Of a DNA stretch of 64,000 nucleotides, positions 1-11,631 are shown piece by piece. The DNA comes from the human T2T-CHM13v2.0 reference genome, Homo sapiens. The notes under the pieces were generated by a model. The model saw only the letters and a list, made by a program, of their open reading frames with translations. It was not told the DNA's origin and did not search any database. The stretch's first letter is position 1. Each line of letters starts with the position of its first letter. The DNA is taken from the NCBI RefSeq assembly GCF_009914755.1, contig NC_060925.1; one strand, 5' to 3'. A program made the position numbers and the translations under genes.

Positions 1-260
1 TAGGTACTCTTTGAGAGTAGTGGAGAGCTGAGTGGTTATGTAAATACAATGTTATACGGAGCCCTAAAATTTCCATTGCTTTCTAATATTTTACGGGGCC
101 CCAAACACACACAACAGACTCCAAGGAATGAACCTATCATGCCACTGCTAACTCTGGGCTTCTCAGTTCATTTCTTGCCTCCTTGGGCCTCTTAAGCAGT
201 GATGGCATTCTGTCTTTCCATGCAGGCTTGCTTCTAGCTGATACACAGGCTTTTCTGGAA

Positions 261-1143
261 CAGTGGTTTTCAAAATTTCTTTGTGCATCAGAGAATCTCT
301 TGAAGGGCTCCTTAAAAATTGCTGGGCTCAAAAGGACAACATATGAAGCTTAGGAGTGAAGGGACTTCCTGAGCAGAAATGGGCAAACTTCAGTCTTTTT
401 ACTGTGTCTTTGCAGTATTCTATAGATAATTTCCTTAACTTGTACATTTAGTGACCATTAGCTAGTGATCGTTTGATGGGCAGCGATTCTAACAGTATAA
501 AGTCCACAATGTTCTATGTCCCTAGCCTGCCGTTTTTCAGCTGCATGTAAAAGGGGGTAGGATGAGATAATCGACCATTATAAAGATTTAACTATTTTAT
601 GCTGAAGCGGCCATATTTTCAAGGGATGACACCATCTTGCACACAACAATGAAGGTACTCGGCCATAGACTTGGAATGAGACCATATATGGGGATGAGAT
701 TCTTCTAGATCCTAATACTGCTGTACTGGCCTGTGTGTACATGGGGTCCTTCAGCTGAGGCCTTGCAAGGCAAGCCAGCTGTGCCATGTTTGTAGATGGG
801 GCAGAGGAAGCTAGAACAATGGAAAAGTAACCTATCTATGCTAGGTCCACCTATTGAAACGAGGTAGGAATGAGGCTAGGGTCCTTAACTTCCTTCAGGC
901 ATACTTTTCTAGCTACCTTCTGCCCTGTGTCTGGTACCTACATCCTTGATGATTGTTCTCTTTCATCCATTGTGGATATATATATATGTATGAAAAGCAA
1001 AAAAAATAAATTGCTGGGCTGGCACTACCTCAAAGCTTCTGATCCAGGAGGCCTAGGGGGGGGCAGTTAAGATGCATTTCTTACTAGTTCCCAGGTGATG
1101 CTTCTGCTGCTAGTCTGGGCACCACACTTTGAGAATCACAGCT
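261..1143. mobile_element. MER5A-like hAT-Charlie MITE, split (261-328 and 1021-1143) by a retrocopy
   Basis: cagtggttttcaaa...ttgctgggct at left resumes as ...gcttctgatcc...gcatttctt...ttcccaggtgatgct...accacactttgagaatcacag at right, the typical MER5 layout. Confidence 0.75.
329..1007 (+). pseudogene. 5'-truncated processed retrocopy of an mRNA 3'UTR (possibly YWHAB, unverified)
   Basis: Unique-looking ~680 bp ending in an A-rich tail (gaaaagcaaaaaaaat), flanked by the 13-bp direct repeat aaattgctgggct at 316-328 and 1008-1020; no meaningful ORF. Parent gene is from memory only. Confidence 0.8.
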
Positions 1144-1689
1144 CTAGGGCTAGGGGTGCTAATCTTCATTCCAAATGGAAAGGAGGCTGCTAAGGAGTCC
1201 ACTTAAGTAATTTTTCCTGCGATAAAGACTTGCTTCCTTGTCACTTGCTGTCAACACCCCTCCACACAGCAGCGACTGCCTGGCTTAATTCTTAAAGTAG
1301 AGGCCTCTCAATAGACAGGGTGGACACTTCTTCGCCTCCTGGCAGGAGAGAGAAAGAACGGACTTCAATCTTTGGTTGGCAGGGCCTGACTAGGCAGTCG
1401 GGCACAGAACCCTAGGGCTTTCCCACCCCTTTGCTTTCTCACTTGTAAAACGAATAAAGGTACTGGTCCTGCCAGCTTCACAGGTTGCTGTACATAGAGG
1501 AATGGTTGGTTGAAAGTGCCCTGCATAACGCAAGCTCTTTAGGACTCGCAAACAGCCTTAATCGCAGTAAGGGGGCACATCAGGGCTGTGAGAAGGCCCC
1601 CTTGAGGGCTCGGCACAGGTGATTCTGGGCTCTCTGTGCTTGCCAGCCTCCTAAAGTAGGTGCCCACTTTCAGAAGCTCTGCACGCCCC

Positions 1690-2620
1690 ACCTGGGCGCC
1701 TCTGCTGGAGGTCTGCCTGGCCCGGGGCACCCGTGTGCGCGCGAGGATTTCTTTTGCAGAGAATGAAACCACCGTTCCTTTCCGTCCGTGGTCTACTCCG
1801 GGGTCCCCATCCCACGTAAGTGCTGTGGAACCCCGGGGTGATGAGCCCCGGGGGAAGCCAGCATCTCCTGCCCTCCAGTGCCGGCGCCCGGCAGAGCCCC
1901 GGGACTCCTAGTTTTTGCCGCCGCTGAGGACGCGGCGCGGGCTGCTGGCCGCGTCGCCGAGGGAGGGCCCGGACAGCCCTGCAGCGCGTCTCAGCGGAGC
2001 CCTGGGGGCCGCGCCGCTCCTCCAAACATGATTCAGAACCGCCCGTCAGCCTTGGCTCCAGCGCCTGGCGCGAGCGAACCGGGCTTGGCTGTCTCGGCCC
2101 CGTCTGAACCCTGCGGGCCGCGGGCCAGGGCGGGCCGGGATCCGCTGCGCCAGGACCCTGCAGACCCGGCCGCGGCCGGGCCGAGTGCCTCCCGCCGGGG
2201 CCTTACGCCCACGGTCCACGCTTGCAACACCAGGGCTGTACGGCGGGTCCGCAGCTGGGTCTGCGCCTGGGACTCGGGGCTCCCTGCGCTCCTCGTGCCG
2301 CACCCCTTGCCTTAACCCCAAGCGGACGGGTCCTGGGGCTTCACCGGCCAGGCCGGAGCCCCAGCCCCACAACTCCCCCCCTCCCACCGCACTGCCCCCT
2401 CTGCGCTGTGGCGGGAGTTGGGGACTGGGGCCGGAGAAAGGAGACGCGCCGGTCCTCAAGTCTCTTGAGCCATTTCGGTTCCGGGCGCGCCCCCCAGGGC
2501 TGCAGTCGCGCGAGGTTCCAGATAGTGCAGCTGTGTGGCGCCAGGCTTCCAGCGGGTTCTTGGTGGGGGTTCCCTCTCTGTGAGTCGGTGGGCAGAGATT
2601 TGCCTTGGAGGGTCGCACCT
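1690..2620. promoter_or_regulatory. CpG island 1, candidate promoter / alternative first exon
   Basis: Very GC- and CpG-rich versus flanks; ETS-like ttccgg ~2479; minus-strand donor-like GGC|GTAAGG at 2207/2206; plus-strand donor-like TCT|GTGAGT at 2580. Confidence 0.75.
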
Positions 2621-2771
2621 GGCTACAGAAGTATGAGACTTAGTTTCCGGGGAGCAGAGGGGCCTTGGGATAAGGAACTGAAGCTTCTGGGGAGTAGTTT
2701 GGAATTTTGGTTCCACCAATTATCAGCTGTCCAACCTGGAGAAATCCACTCCCCCTGTTTTCTTGGTTATA

Positions 2772-2977
2772 AATAACTATAGCTACCATTTGAGTGCTTA
2801 TTATTTTCCATGTACTTTACGTATGTTATTTTTATCTTTCCAACGATTTTACAGGCCATATTCTGCTGATGGAGAAATGGGATCTCACCCAGGGAAAGTG
2901 ACTTGCCAGGGTTACACCACTGGTAAGTGGAGACCTATGACTTGAACCTGTCTCTAACTCCAGAGACTGTACTTTCT
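2772..2977 (-). mobile_element. MIR SINE
   Basis: ataactatagctaccatttgagtgctt...aagtgacttgccagggttacac...ttgaacc...ctaactccagag. Confidence 0.7.
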
Positions 2978-3980
2978 CGGTAAGTGAGAACATTGACGCC
3001 ATACAAAGAATTTTAAAACTGTAAGATGGTGACGGATACCATTCTCTTCTGACCTGTCCTCAGGCCACGTCCTGAAGTCCAGGCTGAAAGCATGACCTTT
3101 CTTTCTCCCTACCTCCTCAGCCACGCTTCCCTAGGCGGGTCAGAGTGCAAGAGGTAGGGTCTGGGACTGGGGACCCCTGGGTCAGCCTTGCACACCACCC
3201 CCACCTGGACCCTTCCCATCCTCATTTCTACCCCACACTGCTCAATGTCCTTGAGAGACAAGGTGGTGTCACTGTTGTGGCTTTTCTCCTCCACTACCAG
3301 TTGCACAAGAGGATTTTCTCCTGTGCTCAGAGTGGGAAGAAGACCAAGAAGGTCTGTACAGTAACTCGAGAACCCTGGGGCCCAGTTTGAGCTCTTAGGA
3401 CGCCAGCAGTGCCTCAACTTTCTCATCTGTGTTTAGAATTCACTTTGCAGAGAAAATGAGTGGACTCTTGGGGAGAGGAGGGCCTGGGTGTCAGAGAAAT
3501 TTGGGTGCCAGTCTTTTGTAAAATGGAATCTATTGATAATGCCACCACCAGTCTTGCCTGACCCCACAAGAGTTGCGGTAAGACTCAAAATGGATAATGG
3601 CCACACAGTGCTCTGGGAAGTGTGAAGTGCCTCATAAACATAAGATGGTATTATTCATAGAAGCCACTGCAGGCAACAGGAATACAAAGATGAATGCCAT
3701 CTTGGAAACTTTCAGGCTAGCAGGGGAAATATGAATGGCCATACAGTTAAAATATAAAACAGGGCATGCAAATGCTCCACCAATATGCCCGCGTGGTGCC
3801 AACTCATACTGATTTTGTAATAACAAAGAATATATACAGGTCTATCTGGGTGACCTCTACTACTATTGCAAGAACTCCTCTCCACAATGGCTCTAGCCAA
3901 TCTGTCTCCCCTCTACAATTAGCTTCCTTCTTACCACCTGCGTGATCTATGGCAGGATTTTTTTTCCTTTGGAGTGTGTT

Positions 3981-4431
3981 TGTATTAGTTCCCTATTGCT
4001 GCTGTGATTGATAACCACACACGTAGTGGCTTAAAACAACACACGTTTGTTATCTTACAGTTCTGGATGTAAGAAGTCCAAAATGTGTCTCACTGGGCTA
4101 AAATCAAGGTGTCAGCAGGACTGTTCCTTCTGGAGGCTCTGGGGGAGACTGTTTCCTTGACTTCTCCAGGTTTTCGAGGCCACCTGCATTCCTTGGTCTG
4201 CGGCCCCTTCTCCATCTTCAAAGCTATCAGTGACCAGCCGAGTCTTTCTCACATTGAATCACTGCCACCTCTGCTTCTGTGAACACATCTCCTTCTTTCC
4301 CTAACACTGTTTTCTCCCCATCTCAAGACTCTTAATATAATTATATCTTTAAAGTTCCTTTTGCCTTGTAAGGTAGCCGTTTCACAGGTTCCAGGGATTA
4401 ACACCTGGACATCTTTGAGTCGGAGGGAGCA
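3981..4431 (-). mobile_element. MLT1D-like MaLR solo LTR
   Basis: tgtattagtt...gctgctgt...ggcttaaaacaacac...cagttctgga...aaatcaaggtgtcagcagg...ggaggctct...ggacatcttt. Confidence 0.8.
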
Positions 4432-4840
4432 TTTATCAAAAAACAAAAACCCTAGGGCCTCAAACAAAACATTTTTAAAAGAGAAATATAAAAGCTTCAA
4501 CTCTTCTTCAAATAAGTAACATAGCAACTTTTTCTATAAATGTAACAAATTCTGAAAAAAAAAAAAAACAAAAAAAACAAAGAAACAAACTTTCAGTTCC
4601 TAACTACACCCATAAAAAATCAGACTCCCTGGTGTCAGGGAAGAAGAAACAATGGGTGACAATAAATAGACTCCACATAAAAGGGAAGGGAAAGGCTCCC
4701 TAGGTTGAGAAGTTATGATATGTGCTTCACTGGGAATGTAGGTACAGCCTTTGGAAATGATTAGTTGTTAACAATTGTCCACAGCTCTTCAGCTGCTCTA
4801 CTTTATAATCCTTTAGTGTAGTGACATCTAAAACATTTTT

Positions 4841-4937
4841 TAAATAAATCAATCAACTGTATTTTTTAGAAAAATTTTAGTTCACAGCAATATTGAGCAG
4901 AAAGTAGAGTTGCTTGTCCCTTCACCCTCCTCCCACT
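4841..4937 (-). mobile_element. Short L1MC/MD 3'-end fragment with TSD
   Basis: ttttagttcacagcaatattgagcagaaagtagag is an L1M 3'-end motif; flanked by taaaacattttt at 4829-4840 and 4938-4949. Confidence 0.6.
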
Positions 4938-5939
4938 TAAAACATTTTTAAAGCATTAATAGAATTCTTGGCTCCTTATTTTCCCCCCAAAAGAAATTCC
5001 TACCTAAAAAATAAAAATCGTGCTGCTCTGGTTCAAGTGGACTCATGGAGTCCCTCAACCTCTGTAAATCCTACTGCATGGTTTAACACCTGTTTTGCAG
5101 TTACTTCTCTTGAGTGGAATAATGAGAATAACTCAAGTTAGAAAGTACCCTCCGGACCACAGAAGTAGGGAGACTGTCATGTTGGAAATTATTCTCCAGG
5201 CTTCAGAAGCAAGAATTGTCATAATATTCTCCCAGGAATTAGAAAAGAGCAGGCTCTTGTTCTGACGTAGAAGCATAGAGTCTTCTAGGCCATAAATCTG
5301 CTTATTTTAGTTACAATAGTGAAAGGGCCAGTGGGCAACACGGTAAAAAGTACATGGGCCCAGAAATTGGGGACTTGGATGGGGCAGCTGGGATGTAGGG
5401 GACATATTAATTAAGACCTAGTGTGGGCCTTTCGTATTCTGGGTCAGATAAGTGAACAAGCAGGTGAGGTTCTGTGTGGGCTACCCTGGAATACAGTGTT
5501 GCATAGGGTTGTGTGAGAGGTGCGGGGAACGCCTAGAAAACTTTGCAGGGAGAATGTTTTCTAAGCCAACACCTAGAAGACAAGCAAGAGTTTGCTGGGC
5601 AGAGAGTGAAGCTGGGCGCGGCTGGGATCATGGAGCCGGATGTGCACAGCCGGGACATGGGGAAGAGCTGCAGTGGAGAGTGGGGTATGGTGGAGAGCAG
5701 TCAGGGCCAGACGATGCTGGCGGGCCTGGAGGCCTTGGGAGCGCTGACTTTCTCCAAGAGCTGGGGGTGCCAGGACAGGGTCCCAAGCAGCGGCCCTACG
5801 TGGCCTGGTTTGCTCTTCACTGGCAAGCTCCATGGCCCTGGGCAATGTGCTGCTTCTGTTTTTCTTCTCATCGGTGCCTGGCTGAGCTCTGGAATCGTTT
5901 CCTGCTCTGAGCCTGAAACTTCAAGCAGTAAGAAGACGG

Positions 5940-7100
5940 TCCACAGCCCGGTTACTGGGGCTCTGCAAATGCGACGTTCCCAGTGGCCCTCTCCCAGGCT
6001 CCGGGCCTCCGGGTAGAGGAACTTCTGTCTGTAAAGGATGAAGGCGACCTTGCTCAGGCTGCAGCGGGATGGAGAAACGTGACCCAGCGGAGGGGCTTTC
6101 GGCTGCGAGGTGCGAGAGGCGACCCGAGGGGTGAAAGCAAGGCGAGTGCGGTCAGCGCACCGGGCTGGGCGGCCTCCCCGCCGGCCGGGGAATTCGTTCC
6201 CAGCTCCAGCCGCATCTCACCGCCTCTATCGCGCCTTTGGGGCCTCAGAGGGAGGCTGCATGGCCCGGAGGCCTGAAATCCGCCATTTGTTCCCTCCCGG
6301 GGCGGCAGAGCCACAGCTCACTGAAGGATGCAGCCTCGGCAGCCGGAAGCGCTGGCCGGGCGCTTGGCCAGCGACCGCCTCGGGTCGGCCTCGGGTCTGC
6401 GCAGGCGCAGGCTCGGGAAGCCGGGCGCGGTGGTGTTTCTGCGGCCCGCGGCTGCCCTCTCGTGGCCGCAAGGCGCCATGGCACGGCCGCTTCCACGCAG
6501 CGGAGGTGCGCTGGCCGGAAGGCGGCGGGTCCGGCCAGCCAGGGAGACCAGCCAAGCGCTGTGTTTTTCCAGGTCCGCGCGGGCCAGGGGAACCCTGCGT
6601 GTTTGCTTGGTGGGAGTGGTTTACTGGGAAAGTAGACGGAAGGTACCCTGCAAATCGGCGTGCACTGTATTGTTTGGGAGTCAACAGCCTGGAAAGTAAA
6701 TATCAGGTGAGGGCAGTGCTGGGAACCACCGCCTGCCCCCTCCCCTGGCCTTGGCCCTGACTTTGAGCGGGGCACCGCGGGCCAAACAGCTCGGCGGCCC
6801 AGGGGAGAGGGAGGAGGAGGAGGAGGCAGGCAGCGGGGGAGGTGTCAAGACTCAGAAATAGGAGCCAGCTAGGCCCAACATACGCCTGCCACCCCAGGGG
6901 CTGCAAACAGGGAATACCATCCCTTCTGCCCACCCCACGAAGACATCGTACACCCCGACGAGTCACCATTCCAGAAAGGCTGGCTTTCTGCAAGCGTGCG
7001 GGGGCGGTGAGAGTGGAGGGTGGCGGGGTTGCTCGGGGCCCACCCAAGCATAACTGTCTGAAGGGCACACCTCACAACGGAAGGTTTAGGCGAGAGGGGT
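5940..7100. promoter_or_regulatory. CpG island 2, candidate bidirectional promoter
   Basis: CpG-dense; YY1-like ccgccatttg 6280-6289; ETS ccggaag 6343-6349 and 6515-6521; NRF1 tgcgcaggcgca 6398-6409; donors GCG|GTGAGA (minus, 6221/6220) and CAG|GTGAGG (plus, 6706/6707). Confidence 0.8.
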
Positions 7101-9434
7101 GAACCCACACTCTGGCACGAGAATCATATGTTCTGTTCCACCCAGGGAGCCGCACTACATAGAGTTCTCTTTAAATTCATCTTCACTGGCTGGGTGTGGC
7201 TGAGTCTTCTCCTATCTCCTGATTCTCAGTTAACTTTTTGCGTCCCACCCTGTTCTTGTCTCAAGCAGTCGCTTTGGAATGTGTTTCCTCTCGTCCGGGG
7301 TTTGAAGATTAGTCATGAAAAACATCACTCTGCCCTTGCTGAAGTGCATGTTGGCTACTCGATCATTCCACCTGTGTGCCCCAAGACGGTCTGCTAAGGA
7401 GGGCTCCCCTCTTTTCCATGCCCTCTCAGCTCCAGACTCCATCCCATCCATCGACATTATCCTGTGCCCCCGAGGGAGGAGGGCGGGGGAGGGTTTCTGT
7501 GCCTGGATTATTGGTGAGAGGAGAGCAAGTGCAGAAATGAAGCTATGACTCTTGCAGAAGTCATGCATTCCGTTCAAGGATATTCCTTTCCGTAGCCTCC
7601 ACACATTCCCTCTGGCTGCAGGCCCCTGGGATTTTTCTGTGTGACCCCGTCACATTGCATCTGTATAGATTGTCAAAGCACCTCATGACTGTGGAGGAAG
7701 AAGTCGGGGACAGAACATGGATCTGGAAGGCTCACAGCATGGATTTGGTAGGGTGACACAATGTCCCATGTTCTTCAAGAAATGTCTAGACTAGGTGATT
7801 GATTCTATCGTAGATCTGGCACAATGCTCCTGCCACACAGGGGGCAAATTGAGATCCAGAGAGAAGTGACTGGCCCAGGTCACTCAGCCAGCTGGTAACT
7901 TAGCTGGAATTCGTTCCCAGGTCTCCTGACATCCAGTTCATTCATTTTTTGCACGTTTCCTGAGGACTTACTGTATGCTAGGCACTGTTGTAGGTGCTAG
8001 GCATATACAAAGTGCCCGTATAGAGCTTGTGTCTTGTAGTGTGTGTGTGGGGAGATTGTGGATAAACAAATAAACAGATTTATCCAGAATGCCACATGGT
8101 TAAAAGTTTTTATGATACTCAGTGCCTCTTTTCCTCTTGTTTTTGAAGGGAATGGGTTTGAGGCTTGAGAAGAGATGTTCACTCATACACTGGGTCATTA
8201 AATAAACATTAGAGGATGCCCCACTATGTGCCAGATGCTGTGCAGGGCACACAGATATAAAGGCAGGGGTCTGTCTTCAAAAGCTGCCACCAGCTGGGCA
8301 GATAAGGTATTCCTCTTAGCATCTTTACATGGATTTCTGTAATTGTTATGCTAATTGTTTTTCTCCCCAGATCTCTCCCAAAAAGGATGCTTGTAGAAAA
8401 CGATGATTCTGAAATGGTACAAATCCCTTTCCCAAAAGGCATCTCAAAGCCAGCCGCTGCTACTGACTTATTGATGGCTATCACCCAGTGGCCTTGGGGA
8501 GGCGGTGGGAAGCCCAACCACTGCCTGTAATAAGGAGAGACAACTCAGCATCCACCCTGCAGTGAATAATAGAACAAAAAGCTGCCGGCGCCTGCAGGAT
8601 CAAAGCACATGAGCGATCACAGTGTCTCTGGGTTAAATAGATCCGCGAAGGCCAGGCAGCCAGCAGATGTCATGGAACTTTTTGGGGGAGAAGTCTGGGT
8701 TATGGAGGAAGCCTCAGCTGGATTTCAGTACCTTACAAGATGCTCTTCTGTGGCTCTCTCCTGCTAACCTTCCTTGGACATGGAATACTCTTCCCTCTAT
8801 CCTCCCTCTTCACCACTGCTGTTCCCAAAGTCTAAAAAGATGGGGGCAGGAGGTGAGACAGGAGGGGATGGGAAAAGAATACTGGACCAGGAGGCAGGAG
8901 ACACTGGATCTGTGAGTGAAGGCAATGCTGAATGACTTCCATGGCCTCAGTCTCCCCATCTGTAAAATGGGAAGGTTGATATATGGCCTCAACCTTTCTG
9001 CCCACTTTGATAAACCATATTTCACCAAAAAGAGGCAGAGGGGATCTGTTGCTTTTCAGATTCCTGTCCAGTTACTTCTAGGTCAGACAGAATGATTGCC
9101 CCAATGATTCTGGGTCCGCAGACTCAGTCTGTGAAACCCCATTTCTTGGAGGAGTTGGGATCAGGACAGGCAAGAAGACTATACTATTCCTGCCTCCTAT
9201 TTGCTCCCTCTTGCCAGTGGGGAAATCAGTGGCAACCTTAGAGTAATCTTGGAGGGGTGGGGGGATGAGTTATTATTGGGATTTTTATCTGCAAAGAATA
9301 TTTTCAGATGTTGTTTGTGCATTTAAATGTACATGCAGTTCTAGAGGAGAAGACTCTAGTGGTTGCGGTGCTGTGAGGCATTTTGCATATATTTATCTCA
9401 CTCAAGAAGAACTGTGGGGTCCTTGTGAAAGTAA

Positions 9435-9464
9435 GTGTGTATGTGTGTGTGTGTGTGTGTGCGC
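9435..9464. repeat. (TG)n microsatellite
   Basis: Direct reading. Confidence 0.9.
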
Positions 9465-9646
9465 ATGTCCTGAGTCAGCCTGAGTCCTGAGCCTTTTGTC
9501 TTTGCTCCTGAGTAAGCCACTGGGGGAGGTAAATATATAATTGGAGGAAGAAATGTGTCAGGAAATAACTTCTTTACTTGTGGAAAGTCATTGAAAACCC
9601 TTGGTTTTGCGTATGAGCACAGCACCCTGTAGGCAGGTGAGGAGTC

Positions 9647-9857
9647 TTAGAACACGGCGGGGAGCGAACCAGACACGTACTAAAGAAACCTCCATGTTTG
9701 ATATAAACCCAATGCACAGGTCCACACAGACAGGGCATGGAGGTGTGCTCCACAGGGCCACCACACGGACCTCTGTGATGGCAAGCCCGGATGCATGTAC
9801 AACTAAACATCCTCACAGATACACTTTAATGTAGGTGGAGACCTGGTGTTATGGGTT
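9647..9857 (+). repeat. Local duplication A, copy 1 (partner 22209-22418)
   Basis: ~211 bp, ~15 differences by hand count, 75-bp identical core; near-identical ORF-track peptides 9574..9816 and 22187..22378. Confidence 0.95.
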
Positions 9858-10161
9858 AGACTATGTCCCCCCACAAAATATATGCTCAAGTCTCATCTGC
9901 CATCTACATTATTTGGAAATAGGGTCTTTGCAGATGTAAACTGGTTAAGATAATAAAAAAATAAATAAATAAATAAAGGTAATGGCAACAATGAAAAAAA
10001 AAAGTAAGTCATCCTGGGATAGGGTGGGAGAGCCCTAATTCAATGTGACTGGTGTCCTCGAAAGAAGAGGGGAATTTGGACACAGAGACACAGCTGAACT
10101 TACTGAGCAGAGCCTCCCAGATGCTGCAAACTCAAGGAGGCCTCTGTGCTCATATCTTTAT

Positions 10162-10192
<31 letters not shown>

Positions 10193-10602
10193 GGTACAGC
10201 GTTTATGCTTTTTGGCAGTTCTTTCTTCTTCATTCCCCCATCTCTCCAATTACACATTCATATACACATAAACACTCCGATACCCTCAAACTACCAGAAG
10301 CCACGTCAGAGACTTGAGAACTTTGGACCAGGAACTGATGGAGACAAAGATGACCTAGGAAGATGGCTACATTGGGAATGGAGGCAGAGATTGGAGTTAT
10401 GTGGCCACAAGGGAAGGAACTCCTGGGGCTCCCAGAAGCTGGAAGAAACAAGGATCCTTCCCCTATAGGCTTTGGAGGGAGCGTGGCTCTGCAACACCTT
10501 GGTTTTGGACTTCTAGCTCCAGAAGTGTAAGAGAATAAATTTCTGTGATCTCATATTCAGTTCATGGTGCTATATCATGGTAGCCCTAGAAACTAAGATA
10601 CA
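9847..10602 (+). mobile_element. MLT1C/B-like MaLR solo LTR interrupted by a 271-bp insert
   Basis: Starts tgttatgggtt...tgtccccccac; ggaaatagggtctttgcagatgtaa; ggacacagagaca [insert] gatggc...ggaggcagagattggag; ggacttctagctccagaa...agaataaatttctgt; ends aactaagataca. Confidence 0.85.
10091..10361 (+). repeat. Local duplication B, inserted copy (donor 11632-11898)
   Basis: 12 substitutions plus a (TC)n length difference over ~270 bp. Confidence 0.95.
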
Positions 10603-10673
10603 CAGGTATGTTGGATGTATGGGTCAGGCCCACACCCAGGGTGCATACGGCCTTTGGTTAAAAAAAAACTCTC

Positions 10674-10810
10674 ATTTCTGTGGGGAATCCATTGCCAGTG
10701 GTCTGGATGACATGGCCACTGCCTCTCTTCAGGGATGTGCACAAGACCCTGGCCTGGCCAATCAGAATACCTCATGCCCAGGACCACAGTAACTGGGTCA
10801 GGGGTTGTCA
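10674..10810 (-). repeat. Inverted duplication C, arm 1 (partner 12447-12582)
   Basis: Reverse complement of 12447-12582; 5 mismatches in the first 106 bp, more diverged in the last ~30 bp. Confidence 0.9.
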
Positions 10811-10879
10811 AGATTTATATAAATGATTTACATAAAATGTTTAAATGTTTTGTTAAAATATTTAAAATAAAAAATGTTT

Positions 10880-11210
10880 CTAAGATTTCAGTTGCCAATT
10901 GTTTTTTGTGAGTATATACAAATACAACTGATTTTTACATATTGGTTTTGTATCCTGTATACTTGCTAAATTCATGCATTAGTTGTATTTTTCTAGATTT
11001 CTTAGAATTTTCTATGTACACAAATCACAACGTCTGTGAATATACACGACATTACTTCTTCGTTTCCAAAACTTATGCTTTTCACTTCTTGTTCTTGCCT
11101 TGTTGCACTGGGTAGAACCTCAGTTGTATATTAAATATATTTTTTAAAAAGGTAGACATTTGAGCCTTGTTTCCAATCTTGGGAAGACACTATTCAGTCT
11201 TTTGCCCTTG
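10880..11210 (-). mobile_element. Old L1M ORF2 fragment
   Basis: aatacaactgattttt...ttttgtatcctg...ttgctaaattc; ttacttcttcgtttccaa...ttgcactggg...ccttgtttccaatctt...ttcagtctttt. Confidence 0.75.
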
Positions 11211-11322
11211 TCTGCTTCTAAGCTGCCAAAGCCTGTGCTGTGGTGGGGAAATGTCACTCTGTGGGCCAGCCATGGTGTGAGTGTGCAGATGGGACAGCAG
11301 CAGCAGGTGCATTCTCCTGGGA

Positions 11323-11470
11323 GGCCAGGCCTGGTGGCAGGCATCTGTAATCCCTGCTATTTGGGAGGCTGAAGCTGGAGGGTGGCTTGAGCCTGGGAGT
11401 TCGAGTCCAGCCTGAGCCACACAGCGAGACACTGTCTCTTAAAACAAAAAATAAAAAACAAAACCAACAA
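11323..11470 (+). mobile_element. FLAM (Alu monomer)
   Basis: ggccaggcctggtggc...tgtaatccc...gagttcgagtccagcctg...agcgagac followed by A-rich tail, no second arm. Confidence 0.85.
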
Positions 11471-11631
11471 CCCCCACGCCTGCCTGCCAAATTTTCCTGG
11501 GGAAGGCAAGACACACAATTAAGAAAGTAAACATTATGTCATCCTTGTCTGTATCTCAGTAGCCATAGTTGTGGATTCCTTCAGTTCTCTCTTGGTAGAA
11601 AGTGGGGCCTGAATAAATGACGACATAAAGC

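Noticed and set aside
1692-1710. CTCF-like ccagcagaggcgcc (minus strand)
   Set aside because: One G short of the core spacing and easily found by chance in a CpG island.
1539-2776. Many overlapping 80-190 aa ORFs in CpG island 1
   Set aside because: Stop-codon scarcity in GC-rich DNA; open in most frames, Pro/Arg/Gly/Ala-rich, no recognisable domain.
5452-7108. Overlapping ORFs up to 216 aa around CpG island 2
   Set aside because: Same GC artefact; many start at non-ATG codons; no homology recognised.
9647-9857. Duplicated unit as an H/ACA or C/D snoRNA or pre-miRNA
   Set aside because: Only one short stem with a long loop; no properly placed H, ACA, C or D boxes.
11323-11476. FLAM followed by A-rich tract and caacaaccccc, resembling a BC200 3' end
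   Set aside because: The monomer lacks BC200 diagnostics as I recall them (ctctcagggaggctaagagg) and the rest of its unique domain; the match is only ~11 nt.
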